A program made the position numbers and the translations under genes. The notes under the pieces are model-generated. The model searched no databases. It was not told the DNA's origin and saw only the letters and a program-made list of their open reading frames with translations. Positions 50,304 through 64,000 of a stretch of DNA of 64,000 bases are shown here, in pieces (within the stretch, counting starts at the first letter, position 1; each line of letters begins with the position of its first letter). The stretch lies in contig OY253680.1 of NCBI GenBank assembly GCA_958009085.1, positions 620,001 through 684,000 on the forward strand. The letters run 5' to 3'. The stretch is from Protoeuglena noctilucae. Taxonomy: Eukaryota.

Positions 50304-52776
50304 ATGGGTCGCTGCGGTCCTCAGAGGCTTGTGTTTGCTGCGTGTTTGGCGCTGGTTGCTTTGTCGGCCTTCTTCGGCCCAGTGCGGGGCGCTGGGGACC
50401 GGCGCTTCTTCACACTCCTCTCAAATCCTGCGGCTCGCAAGGGCATCTACTCTCGCAACGGGACATTTGGACCGAAGGTACGCGGACTTGTTGCGCTTCA
50501 GCGTTCACATAATCCATGCTTAAGGCTCCGAGCGAGCAGCGGGGCATCGCGTTCCGCTTGCTGCGGACAACACCGCCGCTGCGTCCTCTCCGCAGCCCCC
50601 GGAGTTTTACCCACTTGTCGAGTATCTCCCCTATGACATCTCGAACGTGCCACTGGTGAGCGCCGTTCATCGCACGCGCTGCCTGCTCGCAAGGGAGCGC
50701 CGCGAGACGGCTGACATGGGACTTGAACGGCCAGAGCGACCATGGAGCCGATCCGTTTCCCATGCTTCGCAGGTATTATTCGGACACGTTGACCATCTGA
50801 CCCCGCAAGACCTCCGCCGCCCGGAACGCCACGCCGGCGTGGAGGCCCTTTTGCTCAGCTGCATGGACCATGGCGTGGCCCTATACGTCTCCACCACAGC
50901 GGAAGGGGCGTCGTCAGTGGCCATGGAGGGCGACGCAGACTACGCGGACCGGTGAGGATGTGTCTCGGCAGGGATGGGTGCTAGTTCGCTGTCGCGTCGG
51001 TACCGCATGGGCACTGCCATGGTTTGCACCTGTTCCACACGACATCTGCCGAGTGATACTGGCTCGCCACCCACTCCGCGCCCTCCTCAGCTTCTCCGCG
51101 AGCCAGATGGGGGCCCTCCACTCCCTCGTGCGCCTCACATCCACCCTCCCGCCCGCCACCGTGGTCGCGTGGGTGCCCGACCCCCACTCCGCCCTCGTCC
51201 TCTCTGCGCCAGTCGACATCCTCGATCGTTTCTATGCATTCGACTCGGATATGGTCATATCTGCCGAGCCACGCCTCTGGCCCGACTACATGCTGCAGCT
51301 GCACAAGGACTTCCTGAGGAGCAAGGCTGCCGCTTCGGCATTCGAGGCGAGGCGGGATGATTGGCCAGGGGCGGTGTAGCATGGAGCATGTCATGGGCAG
51401 GGCAGGGGTGGGAGGGGGCTGTGGGCAGTGCAGGAGTGGTCATGGGCAGTGCAGGGCTGGTGTGTGTGTGGTCGGACATGCACATGGTTTCAAACAGCGA
51501 CTTGGTTGATCACCTACCTTGACTCGCATCATAACACGCCTATGCGTGTCTCATACCACGCCTGTGCCTGTCTCATTACACACCTGGCGTGCCTCATGAC
51601 ACGCTCGCCTCTCTCCCTGTGCAGGTGCCGTGGGAGCGTCTCTTCACCATTCCTGGTGGCACCCTGGTCGGCTACGCGGGGGAGGTGAAGCGATTGGGGG
51701 AGCTGATGGACTGGAATGCCTTCATCATGCAGGGGAAGGGCATTGACCTAGTCGACACCACCACTTCCGGTTACTTCGGGGCACGCATGGTGCAAAGGGC
51801 ACTGCTGTGGTTCTACATAGAGCGAATGCAGGCCTTCCAAGAGGGGTGGACGATGCCGCTGGCAGGTGAAGGCGGCGGGGCGCAGAAGAGAGTTGGCTGC
51901 AGTGGCGCGAGGGTGCAGGGCGCTTCGGGTGCGCTCTTGTATGTTAGGGCTGGTGGCGTGCGAGGGTGGCAGTGGCCACGAAGCAGGTGGGATGGTGTTG
52001 TTTGTTAATTCACGTCTTGTTAAGGGTTACCCACTGTATAAAGCTGCAGCACAAGCTGGCCCCACTTGTGCCCCTCCCACGCAGCCATGCGCCGCCCTTC
52101 ATTTACGGTGGTGTTGGACTCCTCAATGGCCCTGGTCGGCACCATGGATCGATGGGGAGACCCCGACGGTGTCAGGTACTACCCCTCCAGGTGAGCCACC
52201 ACGCGCATGTCTCGATGTAGCAGCCGTACAGTGATGGTGGTTGAGTTTACTTGGGTTGTGACCATGGTGGCTCTGCGTGTGCAGAGGAGATGCACAGACA
52301 GGCACAGTCTCTTGCCTCCCTTGCCTCACTTCTGCTCATGACGAACAGTCACAGAGATACGTTACGTAGACCATCCCATCATCCCTGGCCTGTGCAGGTA
52401 CGATGCGGATGCGGGGGACGCGAGTGGCAAGCGCGCCACACGGGCGTGGGCGGTGGTGGGGGGCAGCGTCCGGTGCGACTGGGACGCCCTGCACGCGGCA
52501 GACGAGGCGGGGCAGAGCGGGGGCGATTCGAGCGGCAGGGCGGGTGGCGGGGAGGGTCAGGGCGGAGGTGCGGGCGACACTCATGGGGTGCGGGGGTGGC
52601 GGCCACGGGAGCTGCGGGGCAACGGGGACGGGCCGTGTCGCATCGTGGGGCTGGGGTCGCGGCCTGCGATTTGGGTTGGGCCGGGGGAGGGGTCGGAGGA
52701 CCTGGCGTTTCTGGCGGTGAGGGTGCCAGTGGGTGGGAACGTGGCGTGTGGTGGGAGGCAAAGGGGTTTGTCGTGA
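50304..52776 (+). CDS. Signal-anchored protein resembling a degenerate PLOD-type glycosyltransferase domain
   Basis: N-terminal hydrophobic anchor, then DILDRFYAFDSDMVISAEPRLWPD, FTIPGGTLVGYAGEVKRL and VVLDSSMALVGTMD in the order seen in the PLOD GT fold. ~7 exons. Confidence 0.55.
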
Positions 52777-53398
52777 CAGGTGGTGACTGGTTGCGATCGA
52801 TAGGTGATTGCGCAACGCTTCTCTGCATCGATGTGGCGCATGGATGGCTCCAATGCACCTCACATCTTGTGGCATGCAGGCCAGCGCAGGCTACGCGTCA
52901 CCCGCGATGCTTCGGGATCTGGAGGATCGGTGCAGGCAGGAAGCTGACTGGGAGTGAAGAAGCTGACGGGTGGGCGAGATGTTATCAGTTACAACTAAGT
53001 CCAAGCAACGTGTGTGTTACTGCTGCGTCACTGTCAGAGACTGCCAGACACGCGCGTCGTGTCCATCCCCTAGCCCTAGTCCTAGCGATGCGCAGTTCCA
53101 TGCGATAGGATTCAAACACGCAACAGGTCGCGGACGCGGATGACCTGTCGACAATAGACGGATCGTAGACAACACACGGCGGCGGTGGTTGCGGTCGGTG
53201 CTCGGACCGCAGTTGCACACCAACACACATCTAGGCACGGGCCCCCTCGCCCGTGCTGTGAGTCTAGTCTAGGGCCCGGGGAGACCGCAGGGTGCTCGTC
53301 GCGAAGCCACGCTGGCTGGCGAGGTGGCGCCCTGCACTCCCACCCTCGGATGGCGACACACGCACCCAAGCAGCCGTGACGGGCGCGAAGTGGCACGG

Positions 53399-56033
53399 CT
53401 ACACGGGCCGCTGCGCCACTCGCTCGTTCCACGACATGCAGCGCTGCAGGGCGGAGAACCAGTCGCCGCTGTGGTCGATGCGGTTGATGGTCGGGACGGG
53501 GTACTGACTCATGCGCACCTGCAGGAAGGGTTGCAGGAAACTGTCATTGTCACTGTGAAACGCAATGTCTGGGTAACGGCTATCCACTGCCACCTTTTAG
53601 ACAGCCCTGCCGGGCCAGTCATAACAACCAGCGGCGTGCAACGTGTGCAATCCTTCCCAATGCCACTCCATTGTCACCTGCACCGCGTCCCCTCTCTCCA
53701 GCACCGCGCAGTTGCGGCCGTCGAAGGACACCCGCACGGAGTTCCTGGCGTCCGTAGGGACCATGAGGGTCAGCTCAGCCGAGTCAGGGAGGATGACGGG
53801 GCTGCGTGGCACGAGGGGTGCGGGGGCGGAATGTTGACTGACATGCGGTGCGCTGGCTGAGTCAGCAGGTGAAGCGAGACACGTGACAGGAAAGCGTGAA
53901 AAGATCGACGAGGAGCATCAACTGGGTTCGCATACACTCAGACGTATTTCCAGGCCCGCGGTGGGTCACCGGAAGGAGAGGGTGTGGGGGCAGATGGGGG
54001 TGAAGAGGATGGCTTGCACGGTGGGGTGCACGATGGACCCTCCCGCGGCGAGGGAGTAGGCCGTGGATCCCGTGGGCGTGGAAATCATGAGGCCGTCCGC
54101 CTGGACCCGCGTGAAGTGACGCCCGTGCATGTAACAGTCGATGGTCGACAAGTGGGCGTAGCTGCCGCGGTCGATCACCACCTCGTTCAGCACGTGGAAC
54201 TGCGGGTGAGGTGGAGAGGCGCAGTGTGCGTGTTGTTGGCACGATGGGAGTGCGCTGAAGGTTGTGTGGTCCCGTGACGGTCGCTCGCAGGTCACGCACA
54301 GCACACAGTATCCAGAGACACAAAGACGTATGCGGCGATAGATAGTGAGATAGCATGCGTAACATCTCACCTGTGACTCCGGGATGGAGCTGTTGCACCG
54401 GATGATGCTGCACACCAGGCGCATGCGCAGCGTGACCATCACGCCCCTTAACGTGTGGGTCTCCGTGGGGTCGCAGAGCATCCCCGCGCGGATGGGGCAC
54501 CCGTCTGCGGAGAACAATGGAAATTTCGCGCATTTTGTCGCGAAGCGAGCGCCAGCGCTCCTAGAAACAGTCACGCACTCACGCACTCCCTGCAGCTGCA
54601 GCGGACTCGAGCGGAATTGCCGCTCGTGCGCTGGAAAATGCGCTCACCGATCTCGCATTCCGACATGGCTTCGATCCCCGTCGCGCACAGGTGGCAGGCG
54701 TTGGGCACGGCGCATCCCTCAAGCCGCTGCTCGCCCCGGAGGACCTGGCCGAGGTCGGACGCAAATTCGCTGTAATTGTGCGCCGTCAGGAAACACAGGC
54801 TGCCCAGGTCGAAGGCGATCAGAGGCGGCACGGGGCCCTGAGGACGGGAAAGCGAGAGCGGGCACGTCGCATGGTTGCTAGCGACGCAAAGTAGCTTCGT
54901 CTCGCTGCGCTGCGGGGCGGCTAGATAAAAAAAACATGCTAAGCGCCTTCCGCGGCCCTTCGCGGCCCTCGCCTGGAACATCTGCGACACGTGAAGGATC
55001 GTGCCGTCCCCGCCCAGGCAAACGACCAAATCCACCGCCTCGCTGACGCTGCGGGTCTCGCTGGGGTCGAAGGTCTCCGCTTGCCCGCTGTACCCGACCT
55101 CGCGCAGCTCCTGGAGGCACTGGTCCTCGAGAATCACCCGCATCCCCTCGACGCCCTCCAAATGGTCCACGACGGTCCGCGCATGCTCGACCAACTCTCG
55201 CCCCAAACGCTTGACCACCTGCGGATGGAGTCGAACGAGGACATTGCCGTGCAGAGGGCGTGCGGGAACCGGCGCAGAGCGAGCGGGCAACAGACAGAGC
55301 GGGGCAACGGGCGTGCGCTCGCCGCGACGCGTGCGGGCTGCCGATCACACTCTGCGTCGCATCAGGGCTTCTCCAGAGGATAAGGAAGAGGGTAACGCAG
55401 TCGCGTGGTTTGAAGCCTCACCATTATGGTCCTCGGCCGCTCCTTCCACATGATCATCTGCTGCTGGCTGCTCGGATGGGCGAACGACAGCTCCGAGTTG
55501 CGCACCAGCTCCCGATAACATGCATGGCCGTCCGTACGTATGAGATACAGGCCCGCCTTGCTCGCCGGACGCCGCTCTCTGCGCGGCCAGGGCGGATGCA
55601 AAGGATGGCCGAATTCCGCGCGTGCGACCCCGCGACGCAAAAGCCTGACACGCAGGAGTCCTTCGCGACTCGACAGGCTCCAGGACGCGAGCCGCGATGC
55701 GCGTACGGCTGCGCACCTGACCGTCCGGGTCCCCGGCTCCACCGTGACGGCCTTCCGCAGCCCGTTGGCCTTGTCCGGCGTCGCGGTGGTCACCCCCGCG
55801 GTATGCTCACTGCTGGCACCCGCTTGCGCCTCGGCCTTGCCCGGCCGCGACCGCGCCGGGTGGCACCACCGCGTCCCCGGAGCGGAGCCGCGAAATGCCC
55901 AGCTCGGGGGGCTTGCGAGTGCGAAGCTCTTCCTGAGAGGCCTCGGCTTGCAGACGCACGCGCTGCCCGCGTCCCTCTCCCCAGCTCGGAGCCCATTTGA
56001 GCGGGCAGCAGGGGCCCAGCTTAAGGTCCCCAT
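53399..56033 (-). CDS. NADK: NAD(H) kinase
   Basis: [90 protein letters not shown]. Start position is tentative. Confidence 0.93.
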
Positions 56034-56299
56034 TCCACCCCTAAACCCGACGCAGCGAGGAGCGTCGCCAGCGCGCGGTGGCACCGGCTTTCCAAATCGA
56101 CAAACACGAATCCGCGAGCGCGGCCGAAGGCGCCGAAGCAGCGGCTGGAGGAGCGCAATTCGAATCCGCCGCAGGAGCTGTCGACAGGCTCGGCTGACCC
56201 GGCAGCGAGCGAATTGATGCCAATCGGGACGGAGGATGCGTGTGACGTCGACGGCGCGCGAGCCAGAGCGCAGATTTCCGGCGCCAGTTCAAGCGTGTT

Positions 56300-59200
56300 T
56301 CACAGGACCAGCGAGGACCGGAGCCGGTCAATGTTGGCAGGAGTCAGCCGCGTTATCTGCGCCATCGTGAGGGGCCGCTGCGTGAAGGGGCAGCGCCCGT
56401 GCTCCCGCAGCACCGCCTTCCACGTCGCCATCCCCATCACATGCCCGTCCGGGGACGTTCCCGGGTCCACGCACTCCTGCAGTGCGTGGAACAGACGCAC
56501 AGCATTTGAGAGTACATTCGACACACCAGGCAGCCAAACCCGCGCCCCAGAAGCCTCCGAGGGAGCGAGAAAGCAGTCAACGTGCTGCAGCTGTCCGGGC
56601 TCACCTGGAGGGTGATGGGGTCGACGTATCCCTCCAGCCGCACGCCATCCTCGCTGCTCCCCTCGCCTCCGACAACACCCGGGTCTGGGCTCAGTTCCGC
56701 CACCGCCACGCGCCTCGCCCGCCGCTCGTACCGCTCCCGGCGGTCCACCGCAGCCCATTTGGCGGCAGCCATGACTTGGATGTCCCTCTCGATATCCTTC
56801 TCCGAGATGCGCTTCTTCCGCGGCCTGCCCACCCGCCGGCGCTTCGTCCGCCGCGCTGCCTCCACTGGTGAAGCAGGGCTCACGGCATTGCCATCATCGC
56901 CAGGCGCTGTGCCTGTCCCTGGGGTAGCCGGGCTGCCGGCCGGGCATGTCTGAGCCTCCTGTACGCCAGAGCATGGCTCCGGGCCCCCCTGCACCGGCAC
57001 GGCAAGCAGCACTGCCGGCATGCTTGGGTCACACCCCATCCCCTCGCCATGGTCTGCGGGGAGGGCGCCACGGGCAGTGAGAGACACAGCAGTAAAAAGG
57101 TTTAGCCAGGCATTGCAAGAGCTACACGTCCACATGCCAACTGCCAACCCCCAATCCCTCCCCGCCACCGCTCACCCTCCGCGCTTGCTTCCTGAACTGC
57201 CCTCTGCATCCACTCCTCCGCCAGCACCGCCACCCCGTCCGCCACGACCGCCGCTTTGAAATACGCCCGCCCCTCCTTGCGACACGCCCCTGTCCCCCGC
57301 TTCCCACGCGCTCGCCCAGCCGCCCCACCCTCACATGCCATGACCGACCCCTCTTGGTCCCCATCGACCCCCCCGGCGCCATCACCCCGCACATCAGATC
57401 CGTCCCCGCCGTCCCGCGCCTCCCCAGCGCCGTTGCCAGTCCCGCCACCCTCGCTGCGGCCCAACCCCGCCCCCGGCCCCTCTCGTCGGGCTTTGCCCTG
57501 CCAGTAAGCCGTGCAGGACCGCGTCGGGTCCAGGGCCTCGATCGCGGCTACCACGTCCGGCTGGTTGAGGCCGAAGTACTCTGGCCCTGGTATGGCGGTC
57601 TTGGGAGGAGGTGCCAGGGCTTCGCCCGCCTGGCGTCGCCGTTCGATCTCTGCAGCGATGCGGCGCAGCACCGCCGTCCAGCACCCGGTGGGGGATTTGG
57701 CCACCAGGGGGGCGTCCGGGCGATCACTGGCAGTGACACTGCGGGCGGCAGAAACGGCGGGGACCGTGATGCCCCACGACGGTCAACCAGGTTGCAAGCC
57801 AACCATGCGAAGTGTGCTAGGATACTTGTTGCATATCTTGCATTTCATTTACGGTCAGTATTGATCAACTCATCAATACACCCATCAAGCATCCCAGCGA
57901 CGGCCACCCCACGCACCGGAAGGTGGGACGTGGGAAGTAGGCCCCTCCCTCAGCGACGATCTCGCAGGTGTGCACGCAGACGGCGTCCAGGTTGACCGAG
58001 CTGCGGAAGTGCGTGCGGGCGCGGAAGCTGGCGGGGAAGATGTACCCGCTGTTGCACCAACCGTGCGCTGGGTCTGCGAATGGCAGCGTGGTTGGAGTAT
58101 GGGGCTGGTACTGGATGGTGTCACAGAGTGAGTCCGGTCTCCTGGCAGGACACGGGCATGGCATGCAACTGATGGCATGCAACCGTGCCTGCCCTCCCAC
58201 AGCGCTCGCGTCTCACCGGTTCTGAGCTCCCCCAGATGCAGCACCTCGGCCCGCTTGACGGAGCCCCTGCGCGTGCGCCCCAGAGATCCCTTGCCCGAGG
58301 ATATGCTGAGGCCGACCCGGCTCTCCCGTCGCCGCTTGGAGCTGGCTGGCCGAGCTCCCGCAGTCCCTCGCAACGTGCTGCGACCCCCCTGCTGGGCTGC
58401 TGACGCGCCCTGGCCGCGAGTGCTCGGAGATTCGTCGGGAGACTCCATAGGAACGTGCTTTGTTGCAGTTGGAGCCCCGACCTCCAGCCCTGGGCTGCAG
58501 GTGGGGTCGCTTGCCAACGCCCCACACGGGGGTGCATCAGCTTGGCCCGCCCCGCCGTCCTCCGCCGCTTGATTCCCAGGTGTGGCGTCCCCGCCACGCT
58601 GCGCACCTCCTCCTGTGCGGGGCCTCGACTGAAAGGCCCCGACAAACACGGCACATTCCTCGTACTCGGGCCGACCCACCCGACGGATGGGGACTCGCGC
58701 CGACCGCGACGACCTCCACGGCATCTCGTGCGCGGCCTCGGTTTGGGGCGTGCGGCGGACCACGCTGTCCGGCTCGCGCGGCGACGGACTGCAGGCAGGG
58801 GCTGGCATGCCCGGCCCGCCGTCCAGGGCACTTCCGGCCGCGGATGTGGAGGGGACGGCGACCTCAGCGCTTCGAGACTTGACCGTTTTGCGGATCGCAG
58901 CCATGAACTGCGCAGCTCCCTCCGTCAGGCGCTCGGCAGCGAGGTCCTCATCCCCTTTGCACAGGTCCAGCGCCCGCTCCGCATCCTCGTCGCTCTCCAG
59001 CGCTGCAATCGCAAGCATGTGCTCATCTTGCAGTTGGTTATCCCCACGTTGAGCACCGCATTTGAGGAAACGGCAGGGCTGGGCGTGTGATGCGCCAAGT
59101 CACCGGGGAAAAGGCTCCGCAGCTCGCGGACCTTGCGCAAGCGGTCCCTGCGCTCATACTCCAGCCAGCGCTCTCTCTGCTCCCGGACCTTGCCCTCGAT

Positions 59201-59399
59201 AATCGACCTCTCTTGCTCAGTGAGCTCCCTGCAGGCGCAGGAGTCCCTTGTAACCGAGGCCGCCCAGCCCTGCCATCGCAGCGTTGCAGGCCCTGGATGC
59301 TGTCATGAGTTGATCAGTGACGCACCGGTGCTGCAGCTCGGCGAAGAGGCCGCCGAAACGGCCATGCGGGGGCTCAGATGCGCCTGGTTGCACCTCCAT
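56300..59399 (-). CDS. FYRN/FYRC domain protein with N-terminal UBA/CUE-like segment and C-terminal U-box/RING-like domain
   Basis: EVLHLGEL..GWCNSGYIFPASFRARTHFRSSV..CEIV..PTFRVT (FYRN); AKSPTGCWTAVL..IPGPEYFGLNQPDVVAAIEALDP (FYRC); YVDPITLQ..SPDGHVMGMATWKAVLREHGRCPFTQRPL (U-box-like); AERALDLCKGDEDLAAERL (UBA-like). Confidence 0.78.
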
Positions 59400-59487
59400 G
59401 GCGCAAGCTTCGCCCTTTCCGCACACTGGAACTGCTCTTCATGCTGTTAAGTGTTCATCTAGCACAAGCTCCCCCAGTTCAAGCCAT

Positions 59488-62277
<2,790 letters not shown>

Positions 62278-62428
62278 AGTTCCCCGAGGGCCGCCGGCCT
62301 GCCGATGCAATGCAAGCTTTAAGTACCTCCGAGTGCAAGCCTCAGCCGGTGGGTGCGGCGCAAGAAGAGGGGTCGCAAAGTCGCAACGCACAGCGGGCAA
62401 AAGCCCGCAATGGCGATGCCGGTACGGG

Positions 62429-64000
62429 CTACTGCACGATCTTCAGCGCCCCTGGGAAAGTCCGGATGCGGAAGGGCGCGTGGCCGAGGACATCCCCCTC
62501 GAGCTCGATGAGCACGCCCGCCGACTCCGCTGGACGGCGGCAAATGACCTCGATGTCGCGACTCCGGAAGTACCGCGCGCGATCAGGGTACGTCCTGCGC
62601 GCGAGTCCGACGTGCGTTTGTCGTGCAGTCGAGCACAGCACGATGCCATCTTCTGGCGGGCCAGCGAGCGACTCGTGCCCTCACGCAGTGGCGTAGTCGA
62701 GGTATGAGCCGTCCTTGATCATCGGGAGGACGCGGATGAAATCGTAAGCGCCGAAGCTGTCCAGGGAGATGACGTCGAGCAGCCCGTCCCTTGGGTCGGC
62801 GCGGGGGCAGATGCGCATGCCGCTCCCGAAGCACTGCCCGACGCCGAAGGCCGTGAGAGTCGCGGCACGCAGCGGAACCTCCTCGCCCAGGTCCACCAGG
62901 CGGAGCGTGAGCGGGGCGCCTCTGCAGCCACGACGTGACTCCGCATCAGAACGCTGCCCTGCACTGGTCTCCGTCACTCCTCGCCTGCCAGACCCAATGA
63001 GCGCCTCGCCTCTTGGTCAGGAGGACAATGACGGAGGCGACGTCGTACGCGAGCTTCGATCCCAGCGACTTGAGCACCCGGCTACGGTTGACGAGGTCGG
63101 CCGTGGATGCGGAGATGCCGCAGCTGGCCACGTTCACGAACGCCCGAGTCCTCCGCTCCCCAGTCGCCCCGTCTACAGCCCTGCAGCCAAGATGCACGGG
63201 TCACTTCCACATGCGACGGAAGTGACAGCACGACTACCACGTTGCTGCATTGCGATACCCACTCTACTCACGTCACCACCCCCGCATCGACGGCCGCCTC
63301 CTGACCCTCGAAAACGCGTCGCACGGCGTCCTTGACCGTCTCCAATCCGCTCGCCCACCCAAACGTTTTCACGTAATCGGACCCGGTACCCAGAGGCACG
63401 ATGCCGAGCACCGTCGTCGCCGGCGTGAAATTCCCCTCCTGCGTTGCGCATGTAGCGCCCAGTCACACCGCGCTGCCGCCATGTACTGCCGCAAGGTGAG
63501 TCAGATGTGCCGTCACGCACCTGGTCGACAGACAGCAGTCCGTTGGCCACCTCGTTGATGGACCCATCCCCGCCCACGGCGACCACGACGTCGTATCCGG
63601 CGAGCTGACACTCCCTCGCGATCTCCGCAGCGTGTCCAGGGAACTCGGTGAGCCTTTGCTCTGCAATGGCCCCCGCCTGTTGCGCCTGCTCTTCAACGTA
63701 CGGCCAGAGCTCCCCCCACTGCCGGCCTGCACGCCCTAAGGCCCCCTTGGGATTCACAACGAAGACGTATCTGCGCGAACAAAGCACATCGGCGCAACAT
63801 CGGCCCGGATGTCGAGCAAAGATTGCGGGTATCGTGTCGAGGTCGCGCTGGCCCCTTATGGCAGCGTTATATTGCCGAAAACACATCCCGATGTGGCAGG
63901 CAGGCAATAATATTCCTCGCCTCCTGGCGCCGCGTCCTCCATCCGCAGATAAAGCGCACGAAGTGCAGCTGGTGTAGCTCCCGTCTCTCAGGGGCGTCCC
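62429..64000 (-). CDS. DAG-kinase catalytic domain protein (YegS / sphingoid long-chain-base kinase-like); 5' end beyond window
   Basis: YVFVVNPKG, VVAVGGDGSINEVANG, LGIVPLGTGSDYVKTFG, FVNVASCGIS, FGSGMRICPRADPRDGLLDV, IELEGDVLG..PGALKIVQ*. Confidence 0.88.

Overview
GC-rich, intron-dense eukaryotic DNA, most likely a green alga (PsbP-domain gene, plant-like carrier and kinases, spliceosomal introns); I cannot identify the species. I count about 19 protein-coding genes. They are a mitochondrial thiamine-PP carrier (3' part), PPD2, ALG1, a low-complexity hypothetical, a 12.8-kb secreted RCC1/FG-GAP/Pro-rich multi-TM receptor-like gene, a PIH1-domain gene, a coiled-coil hypothetical, NUF2, a reticulon-like gene, a signal-peptide WW gene, a CDF zinc transporter, a large LRR gene, KDSR, an intronless F-box/ankyrin gene, a degenerate PLOD-type glycosyltransferase-like gene, NAD kinase, a FYR/U-box-like gene, SelO and a DAGK/LCB kinase (5' end outside the window). 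The most unusual signal is gene architecture. (1) In the two longest genes many introns carry 'echoes', 20-50 bp copies of the adjacent exon end plus its splice site 50-150 bp away, which differ from the exon mostly at synonymous positions. (2) G/C skew oscillates in phase with splice sites and reaches into codon choice. (3) About 20 introns appear to use GC donors. Exon structures were inferred by hand from frame continuity, so boundaries are approximate. No database searches were run.
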